Below, piece by piece: positions 26,252 through 35,967 of a DNA stretch of 64,000 bases. The translations under genes and the position numbers were made by a program. This DNA is from an uncultured virus (IMG/VR IMGVR_UViG_3300033571_018919). Lineage: Duplodnaviria; Heunggongvirae; Uroviricota; Caudoviricetes. Below the pieces are notes generated by a model. It was given only the letters and a program-made list of their open reading frames with translations. It searched no databases and was not told where the DNA came from. Within the stretch, counting starts at the first letter, position 1. Each line of letters starts with the position of its first letter. The stretch spans positions 1 through 64,000 of IMG/VR virus record IMGVR_UViG_3300033571_018919; one strand, written 5' to 3'.

Positions 26252-28792
26252 ATGACAACAAAATATTTTAACGTCAAACAGGGTATAACAACTGGTAATG
26301 TTGTTATTGACGCAGCTACTGGTAACCTAGCTAATGTAGGGAATATAACTGCGCTAACCGGAATTACAGCAAACTTAGGTAATTTAGTAATTTCGAATCA
26401 CTTTCAAGGTAATGGTAGTCAGTTATCAGGTTTAGCTGGGGCGAATATTACTGGGCAAGTAGGTAATGCATTAATATCTGGTACAGTTTACACAAATGCT
26501 CAACCCAACATCACTAGTTTAGGTACATTAAGTTCTGTTGATATTACTGGTAATGCGACTGCAGGTAATATTACTGGTGCTAATTTAATTTCAGGTAATT
26601 TTATTACAGGTACACTAACAACAAATGCGCAACCAAATATTACAAGCGTTGGGTTGTTATCGAGTCTAACTGTCGGGAATAGTACAGCAAATGTAGAAAT
26701 TTCAGTAGGAGTTAATGGCACACTAAACGCTACTGCTAATATCACAGCACCTTATTTTATTGGTAACGTTCAAGGTAATATAAGTGGTAATATTGTTGTA
26801 CCGGGTAATAACACTGCTGTATTGTTTAATAATTCAGGAAATGCAGGTGCAAGTGATGCATTTACGTTTAATCAATCTACGAATGTAGTAACAATTAGTG
26901 GTAATTTAACATCAGTAAATGCAAATTTAGGAAACTTAACGGTATCAAATTACTTTCAAGGTAATGGATATTTAATTACTAATATAAATGGAAGTAATGT
27001 TTCTGGTGACGTATCAGGTGCAAATCATGCAAACGTTGCTGATAGTGCAAACAGTGTTGCTGGAGGTAATGTATCAGGTCAAGTAGGCAATGCATTACTT
27101 GCTGGAACGGTTTATACAAATGCACAGCCTAATATTACAAGCTTAGGTACTCTAGCTAATCTTGTAGTGACAGGTACAGCGAATACAGGTGATGCACTTA
27201 TAAGTGGTAATGCAACCGTTACTGGTAACTTAACTGTTCAAGGCAATACGATTTATGCGAATGTAGAAACTCTTGTTGTTGAAGATCCAATCATTGAACT
27301 TGGCGGCGGTCCAAATGGTGCACCACTTACCACAAATGACGGCAAAGATAGAGGTACATTATTACATTACTATACAACAGCTCCGATTGATGCATTTATG
27401 GGTTGGGATAATAGTAATGGGGAATTTGGTTTCGGTAGTAACGTAACAAATTCAAGTGAGGTGATGACCTTCAACAGTTACGGTAATATTAGAGCAGGAT
27501 ACTTCTTAGGAAACGGTAGTCTATTAACTGGTGTTGCTACATCAGCGACAGCTAATACCGTAACTGATGGGTCACAGCCAAATATTACTAGTGTAGGTAC
27601 ATTGACTACACTCACAGTTTCAGGTAATGTTACCTCAGGTAATGCAAGCTTAGGAAATTTAGTTGTAGGTAATTATTTCAGTGGTGACGGTAGTTTACTT
27701 ACTAACTTAAACGGTAGTAATGTAACTGGGACCGTAGCAAATGCTAACTATGCAACTTATGCAGGAACAGTACTAACAAACGCACAACCTAACATTACAA
27801 GCGTTGGCACACTAACAAGCTTAGATGTAACCGGTAATGTAAGCGCAGGCAATATTAAGTCAGATAACTTATTATATGCAAATGGTACCCCATACGTATT
27901 CACTACAAATGCAGCAGGTAGCAATACACAAGTTCAGTTTAATGATGGTAATGCATTTGCTGGTAGTGCAAACTTTACATTTAATAAGGGAACAAACACA
28001 TTAAGTGTAACTAATATTGTTGCCAATGGTGCAGGGTTAACAAGCGTCCCAGGTGGTAATATAACAGGTCAGGTAGCAAATGCATTAGTAGCCGGTACCG
28101 TGTATACAGCAGCACAACCAAACATCACTAGTGTTGGCACACTAAGTAGCTTAACGGTTACTGGTTTAATTACTGCAACAGCAAATGGTGTAAAAACTGC
28201 AAACATCTACGACAGTACAGGTACACTAACATTAGAAACCAAATATGGTAATAATGCAGGTGACTTAGGTGTATATGGTAATTTAGTTGTAGGAACAAGC
28301 GGTACTGGTAATGTAACAGCATATAATGCTAACTTGGGTAACTTAGTACTCGCTAACTTTATTACAGGAACACTAACAACAGGTGCTCAGCCAAATATTA
28401 CTAGTGTTGGTACATTAAGCTCATTAAATGTTTCTGGTAATACAACAACAGGTAATTTATTATTAAATGGTGGATTAACAAGTAATCGTAGTAATGTAAG
28501 TGTAACTACAAATACGGTTATCGATCAATTTGCTCCAACAACATATCGTACTGCTAAGTATATAATTAGTGCAAGCGGTGACGATGGTTATCAATCGGTT
28601 GAAACATTATTAGTGCATGATGGTACAAATTCATATATAACAATATATGGTAGTATTTGTAGTAATAATAGTGCTGATATTATTGATTTATCTAGCAACA
28701 TTAACGGTATTTCTGGTAATGTAAGTGTATATGCAACATCAACAAGTGCTAATGCAAAGGTAAACATGGTAGTGAGTTATATTAAAACATAA
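26252..28792 (+). CDS. Virion fibre protein, paralog of 18305-26233
   Basis: Same modules and a C-terminal YRTAKY...DDGYQ..E.LLVHDG domain. Confidence 0.8.
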   Translation: MTTKYFNVKQGITTGNVVIDAATGNLANVGNITALTGITANLGNLVISNHFQGNGSQLSGLAGANITGQVGNALISGTVYTNAQPNITSLGTLSSVDITGNATAGNITGANLISGNFITGTLTTNAQPNITSVGLLSSLTVGNSTANVEISVGVNGTLNATANITAPYFIGNVQGNISGNIVVPGNNTAVLFNNSGNAGASDAFTFNQSTNVVTISGNLTSVNANLGNLTVSNYFQGNGYLITNINGSNVSGDVSGANHANVADSANSVAGGNVSGQVGNALLAGTVYTNAQPNITSLGTLANLVVTGTANTGDALISGNATVTGNLTVQGNTIYANVETLVVEDPIIELGGGPNGAPLTTNDGKDRGTLLHYYTTAPIDAFMGWDNSNGEFGFGSNVTNSSEVMTFNSYGNIRAGYFLGNGSLLTGVATSATANTVTDGSQPNITSVGTLTTLTVSGNVTSGNASLGNLVVGNYFSGDGSLLTNLNGSNVTGTVANANYATYAGTVLTNAQPNITSVGTLTSLDVTGNVSAGNIKSDNLLYANGTPYVFTTNAAGSNTQVQFNDGNAFAGSANFTFNKGTNTLSVTNIVANGAGLTSVPGGNITGQVANALVAGTVYTAAQPNITSVGTLSSLTVTGLITATANGVKTANIYDSTGTLTLETKYGNNAGDLGVYGNLVVGTSGTGNVTAYNANLGNLVLANFITGTLTTGAQPNITSVGTLSSLNVSGNTTTGNLLLNGGLTSNRSNVSVTTNTVIDQFAPTTYRTAKYIISASGDDGYQSVETLLVHDGTNSYITIYGSICSNNSADIIDLSSNINGISGNVSVYATSTSANAKVNMVVSYIKT

Positions 28793-28830
28793 TTTATAAA
28801 AATTAGTAAACAAACAGGGATAATGGAACT

Positions 28831-30036
28831 GTGACATTAAAGTATTTTAACGTTAAGAACGGCTTAACGACCGGCAATATTACGCTTAATTCTGGTAACA
28901 GTAATATTACGGCTAATAACTATAGTGGCACAGGAGTAATATTAACTGGTAATATAACTTCCGGTAACGCTAATTTAGGAAATCTTGCTACCGCAAACTA
29001 TTTTAGCGGAGATGGATCACTTCTCACATCAATTACAGCAGGTAATGTAACAGGTCAAGTAGGCAATGCATTAGTTGCTGGTACTGTTTACACTAATGCA
29101 CAACCTAATATCACTTCAGTTGGTACGCTGACTAGTCTAACAGTATCAGGTAACTTATCTTTTACTGGGGCCAATGCGTATTTTTCTAATATCGCAAACG
29201 TTAAAATACCAGGTGGTTCAGCCAATTATGTAATTGTAACTGATGGATCTGGAAATTTAAGTTGGGCTGCACAATCAGGCGGTGGAGGTGGTGGCACACC
29301 TGGTGGTAGTAATACACAACTACAGTTTAATGACGGCGGCAGTTTTGGTGGTACTAGTAATGTAACATATGATAAAACAACTAATACGTTATCGGTTACT
29401 GGAAATCTTGCAGTTAGTGGTGGTAATGTAAGTTTAGGTGATATTTCTAATATACACATTACCGGCGGCGCCAATGGTCAAGTAATTACTACAGATGGAT
29501 CAGGTAATTTAAGTTTTGTAAGTGCAGGTTCTACTACATATAGTACAGTTTTTGTCGATGCGTTTACAGGTAACGGTGTACAAACAAGCTTTACATTGAG
29601 TACATCACCAACAAGCATCAATACTACTCAGGTTAATTATAATGGTGTCATTGTATTACGTTCTGATTATAGTATTACAGGCAACACACTTTCTTTTACA
29701 AATGCTCCAGCTAATAATTCAAGCATTGAAGTTACTACTACTAATTTAGTTTCAGGTGGTGCCGGAAGTTTTGTAGTAAGAACATATACTGGTAATGGTA
29801 GTACTGTAAATTATAGTGTAACGAATGGAGCAACTGTAAGTAGTGTATTGGTAACACTAGACGGTGTATTACAAACACCAACAGCAGATTATACAATTAC
29901 AGGAACGACATTAACCTTTACAACAGCGCCGGGTGATAGTGTAGCAATACAAATAAGAGAATTAGCTGTAGTTCAATCTACTAGTGACGTAACAACAGGA
30001 AAAGCGATAGCAATGGCAATCGTTTTTGGATTTTAA
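28831..30036 (+). CDS. Virion fibre protein with two (F/Y)TGNG domains and a hydrophobic C-terminal tail (GTG start)
   Basis: N-terminus TLKYFNVKNGL matches MTTKYFNVKQGI of the previous gene; ends TTGKAIAMAIVFGF. Confidence 0.75.
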   Translation: MTLKYFNVKNGLTTGNITLNSGNSNITANNYSGTGVILTGNITSGNANLGNLATANYFSGDGSLLTSITAGNVTGQVGNALVAGTVYTNAQPNITSVGTLTSLTVSGNLSFTGANAYFSNIANVKIPGGSANYVIVTDGSGNLSWAAQSGGGGGGTPGGSNTQLQFNDGGSFGGTSNVTYDKTTNTLSVTGNLAVSGGNVSLGDISNIHITGGANGQVITTDGSGNLSFVSAGSTTYSTVFVDAFTGNGVQTSFTLSTSPTSINTTQVNYNGVIVLRSDYSITGNTLSFTNAPANNSSIEVTTTNLVSGGAGSFVVRTYTGNGSTVNYSVTNGATVSSVLVTLDGVLQTPTADYTITGTTLTFTTAPGDSVAIQIRELAVVQSTSDVTTGKAIAMAIVFGF

Positions 30037-30045
30037 GGAAAGAAT

Positions 30046-30405
30046 ATGGCAAACCCAAATATAGTAAATGTAACTACAATTTATGGAAATACAGCAGTCG
30101 CTAACGTAACTACAAGTGCGTCAGCAATTGTTACTAACAATTCTTCAAGTGGTAAAATATATAAGGTAAATATGTTGGTAGTAGCTAATATAGACACAAG
30201 TAACAGTGCAACACTTACAGTGGATTTATATAGAGGTAGTGTTGCAACTCAAATAATAAGTAACGTTGCAATTGCAATAAACACGGCTTACACACCAATA
30301 GATAAAACATTAAGTTTATATTTGTTAGAAGGTGACAGCGTAAGAGTCACTGCAAACGCAAATAGTAGATTGCAAGCAGTATGTAGCTGGGAAGAAATTA
30401 ATTAA
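30046..30405 (+). CDS. Small beta-rich adaptor-like structural protein
   Basis: MANPNIVNVTTIYG ... YLLEGD ... SWEEI; paralog of 52887-53243. Confidence 0.7.
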   Translation: MANPNIVNVTTIYGNTAVANVTTSASAIVTNNSSSGKIYKVNMLVVANIDTSNSATLTVDLYRGSVATQIISNVAIAINTAYTPIDKTLSLYLLEGDSVRVTANANSRLQAVCSWEEIN

Positions 30406-30407
30406 AA

Positions 30408-33400
30408 ATGTTTAATAGTGGGTTTAGGGGTAAAAGAGCTTCCGATAATACAGGTACAGTTGACAAACAAAGTCAGTTTGTGCAACAGAAGTACCCACAA
30501 CCTAGTATTACTGGGTATAGTATTCAGGGCAGTGACGATACAGCATTAAACCCAGCCGGTGGACAAACAGTATTAGTAAATGGTACTGGTTTTGCAAGCG
30601 GCGCCGCAGTTACAGTAAATGGTGTAACAATTAGCCCAGTTACAGTTATAAGTCCAACACAATTAAGTTTTACAAGTACAGCATTAGCAGGTGGAAGTTA
30701 TACACTAATCGTTTATAATAGTACAGGCGGCGCAGCTATATTAGTACCGGGTTTGGTTTACTCTAGTGTGCCTACATATACTACTCCAGCTGGAAGTATT
30801 GGTACAAGCTATGAAACTAGACCAATTAATACTAGTGTAGTTGCAACCAGCGATAGTCCCATTACTTATAGTTTAGCAAGTGGAAGTTTGCCTAGTGGTG
30901 CAACACTTTATGCAAATGGTGTAATTACAGGAACAAGTCCTATTGAAAGTGGCAGCACAACATATACTTTTGCTATCAAAGCAGAAGATGCAGAATTACA
31001 GGACGTTACTCGCACCTTCACATTAACAGTTAATACTGATGTAGTGACATGGAGTAGTCCGGCAAGTGGTGCAGTAATTTCTACTTACGAATATCTACCA
31101 ATAGCTAACACTACATTAACAGCAACAAGTGCAGCAGGGTATGGTGTTCAATATAGTGGAACAAACTTACCTACTGGTATTAATATAAGCGGCAATTTAT
31201 TAGTCGGTACAGCAAACACAGTAGCAAATACAAACATAACATTAACAGCAACAGCAAATACAACAAATAGAACTGCAAACAGAACGGCTTATATAAATGT
31301 GCAACAGGATGCAGTAACATGGAATAGTCCCGCTGACAATACGACATATACGGTGGCTGCAAATACAGCAATTAGTAACGTATCATTAAATGCAACTAGT
31401 GCTGCAGGTTTTGGTGTAGTATATGCAGCAAATACATTACCCACTGGATTAACTTTATCGGGAAATATAATTGCTGGAACACCAACTGCTGTAGCAAATA
31501 CTTCTTCATTATTAACTGCAACAGCGAATACATCTAATAGAACTGCTACAAGAACAATTAATTGGGTAGTACAATTAGGAAATGATCCATATTTTAATTT
31601 AACTACACTCTTATTATCAGGGGAAACAACAAGTCCTTACTGGATACAGGATGCAAGTACGAATGGTTTCGCATTAACAGTAAATGGCGATACAAGACCA
31701 GTTGCTTTGAGTCCATATAATGTAAGCTGGAGTAATTATTTTGATGGCAATGGTGATTATTTAAGTACACCTGCAAATACTGCATTTTCATTTGGTACAG
31801 GTGATTTTACTATAGAATGTTGGATAAACACAAGCGTTGGTGGTCTTGCGCCCGGTCCCGGATATTCACGTAGTATTATGTCAATGGGTGATTTAGTTTT
31901 TTATTTAAGAGTATCACAATATCATGGCGGAACTAACGGAGCTTTAAGAGTAAGCGGATTGACTCCAATAGATGGATCTACTGTTACACTAACTGATGGA
32001 TTTTGGCATCACATTGCAGTTGTTAGACAATCAAGTGTAGTAAGATATTGGATAGATGGGGTTTATCAAACAGAAGCATCTGGGTCAACTGTAACAACTA
32101 ACTTTACTAATAATAATTTAAATGTAATAGGAGCACAAAGTAATCCAGTAGAAGGTTGGTTTAATGGATATATTAGTAATGTAAGAGTAGTTAAAGGTAC
32201 AGCAGTATATATAGGAACAGCTAACTTTGTTCCTAGCACATCTCCATTAACTGCTGTATCAGGTACAAGTTTATTAACATGTCAAAGTAATAGATTTATT
32301 GATAATAGTACAAATAGTTTTACGATATCTGTGTTTGGCAATACGTTTATTTCAAATTACGGGGGTGTAACAGAAACAGATTTAACAACAGGTAGTGGTT
32401 ATTTTGATGGATCAACAGATTATATTACGCAAACCACAAATTCAAGTTATGGTTTTGGTACTGGAGATTTTACAATTGAATTTTGGTTGTATTTGAATAG
32501 TACGGGGCTACAAACTATTTACAGTAACTTAGCTTCTGCATCTAGTACTAATCCTCATATCTATATTAGTAGTACTATACGATATTTTACTGCCAGTGCT
32601 GATAGAATTACTGGAAGTTCGTTAAGCACTAGTATATGGTATCATATTGCGGTAGCTCGTGCCTCAGGATCAACCAAACTTTTCATAAATGGCACACAAT
32701 CTGGATCGACTTATACCGATGGAAATAATTATGGGGCAACTGCACCTTTAGGTATTGGAACTTATTGGGAAGGTGGTTCACCGTATACGTCAAGTACATT
32801 ATTTGGATATATAAACAATTTGCGTGTTGTAAAGGGAACCGCAGTCTATACTTCAAACTTCACCCCGCCGGCATCACCTCTTACCGCAGTTGCAAATACA
32901 AGTCTATTAACATTGCAAAATAGATTTGGTGAAAACAACAATCGTTTTGTTGATACATCTGGTATTAATAATATTATTACACGCAATGGTAATCCAACGC
33001 AAGGTACATTTAGTCCATTTAGTCAAACAGGTTGGAGTAATTATTTTGATGGAAATAGTGATTATATTTCAACAACACTACCTACTGCAATAGGTACAAG
33101 TAATTTTACATTTGAGGCGTGGGTTTACAGAGCAGCTCAAGCCAGTAATGATAGTATTTTTACTATTGGGGGTACTGGTAATTTATATGTACAATTTTAT
33201 TTAACGTATTTTAGATGTTGGGTCGGAGGTTTAAGTTCATCATTTCTTGAGTATGACGGAGTTGTAAATAATACATGGTACCATGTTGCCTGTACAAGAT
33301 CAGGTTCTACTGTTAGATTATTTTTAAATGGTACACTAAGAGCTTCAGGATCAACATCACAGAATTTAACAGATACAACTACTAGAATAGGTGCATTAGA

Positions 33401-35489
33401 TTTAAGTGCTGGAACTTGGTGGACAGGATATATTAGTAATTTACGACTTGTTATAGGAACGGCTCTTTATACTGCAACATTTACTCCGTCAACTACTCCA
33501 CTTGCACCGGTCACAAATACTGCATTATTAACCTGTCAAACATATAGAATAATAGACAATAGTGGTAATAGACTAACATTAACAAGAAATGGTGATGTCA
33601 GTACTCATTCGTTTGGGCCATTTGGACCATCAATAACTACACCAGTAAGTTACAGTGGCTATTTTGATGGAAATGATTCTTTAACTTATACACATGGTTC
33701 AGAGTTGGCTTTTGGCACAGGTGATTTCACAATAGAATATTGGTTGTATGCTAACAGTGCCGTACATCAAGGTATCCTGCAGGGTGATATCAACGTAGGT
33801 TGGGGATTATTTGTTTTAAGTGGAACTCTTTATTGGCAAAGTGTGGTTAATCAAGTCAATCGGTTAACTGCGAGTGTGGCTGCATATTTAACAGCCATAT
33901 GGAGGCACTGGGCACTAGTGCGGTCGAGCGGAACCCTAAGTTTATATATTGATGGGCAGTTGATTACATCAGTAGCGGACAGCACAAACTATTCTGATGC
34001 ATCAGGCACTTTCTATATTGGTCAGGCTCCGGTACTCGCCATATACATAAATGGATACTTATCAAATTTAAGAATAGTAAAAGGCACCGCAGTATACACT
34101 TCTAATTTTACACCACCAACTAGCCCATTAACTGCAATTGCAAATACAAGTTTATTGACATGTCAATCAAGTACATTTATCGATAACAGTGCAAACTATT
34201 TTACAATAACTGCGAGTGGTAATACAATACCATCAGAATTTAATCCATTTGGAATAACTTCTGCAACAGGTGGAAGTGCAACGTATTCAGTAGCCACTAT
34301 TGGTGGAAGTTCATACTTTGATGGCACAGGAGATTATTTGACTGTACTTGATAATGTTGGATTTCACTTTACAGGTAATTTTACAATTGAAGCATGGGTA
34401 TATAGAAGCAGTACAGCATATGGATGTATAGCAGCACAGTGGGTGGCAAATTCGCCGTCAGATACATCATGGATATTCAGTGTTAACGCCAATGGTACAA
34501 TTTATTTTGCATATAATATATCCGGCGCAGTTGGCACTTCGGGTACCACTGCAATTGCCACTCCGTTTCAATGGAATCACGTAGCGGTTACACGGTTGGG
34601 AACTACTCTAAGATTTTTTGTAAACGGAGTTGTTGATGCAAGTACTTTTACTGTCTCTGGTTCATTTGTGAATTCAGCCGGAGCCGTAACTGTTGGAATT
34701 GTTAATACTAGTGACGGCGGTGCATTTAACGGATTCATTCATGGTCCTAGAATAGTACAAGGTAAAGCACTATACACAACGTCATTCTCACCTAGTACTA
34801 CACCTTTACAATCTATTAATGCAACTTCGTTGTTAGTGACGGGAACTAACGCAGGCATATTTGATTATACAAGTAGAATGAGTTTAGAAACTGTAGGTAG
34901 TAGTACTCAACTCTCTACATTAGTTAAAAAGTTTGGTAATTCTAGTATGTCGTTTAATGGATCGACAACCAGCTTAACTAGTTCAGCAACGATAACTTCG
35001 CCTCAATTATCGTTTGGTGCCGGCAACTTTACAATAGAAGGATGGTTTTATTTTAACAGTGTTGCATCAAGAGCAGCAATAATAAATCAAGGTTGGGGCG
35101 AAACAGGATATAATACCCAAGGTGGTTTTACATTCGATATAGCAGGAAATACTGGTGGCGCACTTTCATTAGCTGTAGGAACTGAAAATTCAGGTGCGTT
35201 TTGGTTACAGAGTATGGGATCATTTACAACTGGCGTGTGGTATCATATAGCATTGGTTAGAAATGGAGTTAATATTAGCGTATATTCTAATGGAACATCT
35301 ATAGGATCAGGTAATTTATCTGGAGGAGCAAGCACACTTGTAGGTAATATGGGAAGAATAACTATAGGCTCATATCAAAATGGCGGTTTCCCATTCAATG
35401 GTTATGTTGACGATTTTAGAATAACTAAAGGATATGCAAGATATACAGGTAATTTTACAGCACCAACAAGTGCATTTAGTCTATTTTAA
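30408..35489 (+). CDS. Adhesin-like protein: IPT/Ig-like domains followed by about six LamG/ConA-like domains
   Basis: YSLASGSLPSG Ig-like repeats, then repeated YFDG..GDFTIExW..WxHIA..R...GYISNxRxVKGTAVY units. Confidence 0.85.
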   Translation: MFNSGFRGKRASDNTGTVDKQSQFVQQKYPQPSITGYSIQGSDDTALNPAGGQTVLVNGTGFASGAAVTVNGVTISPVTVISPTQLSFTSTALAGGSYTLIVYNSTGGAAILVPGLVYSSVPTYTTPAGSIGTSYETRPINTSVVATSDSPITYSLASGSLPSGATLYANGVITGTSPIESGSTTYTFAIKAEDAELQDVTRTFTLTVNTDVVTWSSPASGAVISTYEYLPIANTTLTATSAAGYGVQYSGTNLPTGINISGNLLVGTANTVANTNITLTATANTTNRTANRTAYINVQQDAVTWNSPADNTTYTVAANTAISNVSLNATSAAGFGVVYAANTLPTGLTLSGNIIAGTPTAVANTSSLLTATANTSNRTATRTINWVVQLGNDPYFNLTTLLLSGETTSPYWIQDASTNGFALTVNGDTRPVALSPYNVSWSNYFDGNGDYLSTPANTAFSFGTGDFTIECWINTSVGGLAPGPGYSRSIMSMGDLVFYLRVSQYHGGTNGALRVSGLTPIDGSTVTLTDGFWHHIAVVRQSSVVRYWIDGVYQTEASGSTVTTNFTNNNLNVIGAQSNPVEGWFNGYISNVRVVKGTAVYIGTANFVPSTSPLTAVSGTSLLTCQSNRFIDNSTNSFTISVFGNTFISNYGGVTETDLTTGSGYFDGSTDYITQTTNSSYGFGTGDFTIEFWLYLNSTGLQTIYSNLASASSTNPHIYISSTIRYFTASADRITGSSLSTSIWYHIAVARASGSTKLFINGTQSGSTYTDGNNYGATAPLGIGTYWEGGSPYTSSTLFGYINNLRVVKGTAVYTSNFTPPASPLTAVANTSLLTLQNRFGENNNRFVDTSGINNIITRNGNPTQGTFSPFSQTGWSNYFDGNSDYISTTLPTAIGTSNFTFEAWVYRAAQASNDSIFTIGGTGNLYVQFYLTYFRCWVGGLSSSFLEYDGVVNNTWYHVACTRSGSTVRLFLNGTLRASGSTSQNLTDTTTRIGALDLSAGTWWTGYISNLRLVIGTALYTATFTPSTTPLAPVTNTALLTCQTYRIIDNSGNRLTLTRNGDVSTHSFGPFGPSITTPVSYSGYFDGNDSLTYTHGSELAFGTGDFTIEYWLYANSAVHQGILQGDINVGWGLFVLSGTLYWQSVVNQVNRLTASVAAYLTAIWRHWALVRSSGTLSLYIDGQLITSVADSTNYSDASGTFYIGQAPVLAIYINGYLSNLRIVKGTAVYTSNFTPPTSPLTAIANTSLLTCQSSTFIDNSANYFTITASGNTIPSEFNPFGITSATGGSATYSVATIGGSSYFDGTGDYLTVLDNVGFHFTGNFTIEAWVYRSSTAYGCIAAQWVANSPSDTSWIFSVNANGTIYFAYNISGAVGTSGTTAIATPFQWNHVAVTRLGTTLRFFVNGVVDASTFTVSGSFVNSAGAVTVGIVNTSDGGAFNGFIHGPRIVQGKALYTTSFSPSTTPLQSINATSLLVTGTNAGIFDYTSRMSLETVGSSTQLSTLVKKFGNSSMSFNGSTTSLTSSATITSPQLSFGAGNFTIEGWFYFNSVASRAAIINQGWGETGYNTQGGFTFDIAGNTGGALSLAVGTENSGAFWLQSMGSFTTGVWYHIALVRNGVNISVYSNGTSIGSGNLSGGASTLVGNMGRITIGSYQNGGFPFNGYVDDFRITKGYARYTGNFTAPTSAFSLF

Positions 35490-35501
35490 GGATTATAAAT
35501 A

Positions 35502-35963
35502 ATGACAACAAAAGTTTCAACATTAATGATTAATCAAACCGGTAATGTAAATTTTACCGGGTCAAACGTAAGTTTGGGTAATGTTGCAAACTTACATATT
35601 AGTGGTGGTAACAGTGGACAAGCATTAACAACTGATGGTAGTGGTAATTTAAGTTTTGGCAATGTTGCAAGTTATACATATTCAAGTGTTAGTGGTAATA
35701 CTAGCTTAGTTGCATCAACTAGATATATTGTTGATACGTCAACTGCAAACATTACATTAACATTACCATCTAGTCCAACATTTGGAGATGAAATAGGTAT
35801 AATAGACGGTACTGGAAATGCAAACACTAATGCAATTACTATTAATAGAAATGGTTCTAATATACAAGGGGATGCAAGTAATTTAACGGTTACTACTAAT
35901 AGAGCAGCATTTGTCCTAGTTTATTACAATGCAGCACAAGGTTGGATATTAACACAGGTATAA
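35502..35963 (+). CDS. Short fibre/adaptor protein
   Basis: GQALTTDGSGNLSF motif. Its C-terminal YIVDTS..TLP..GD.I.I.D..G..INRNG.NIQG..LVY...GW domain is shared with 42434-45505. Confidence 0.7.
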   Translation: MTTKVSTLMINQTGNVNFTGSNVSLGNVANLHISGGNSGQALTTDGSGNLSFGNVASYTYSSVSGNTSLVASTRYIVDTSTANITLTLPSSPTFGDEIGIIDGTGNANTNAITINRNGSNIQGDASNLTVTTNRAAFVLVYYNAAQGWILTQV

Positions 35964-35967
35964 TAAA

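Noticed and set aside
35494..35501. Perfect TATAAATA late-promoter match
   Set aside because: It abuts the ATG at 35502, so transcription would start inside the gene; it is more likely the spacer after an AAGGA Shine-Dalgarno.
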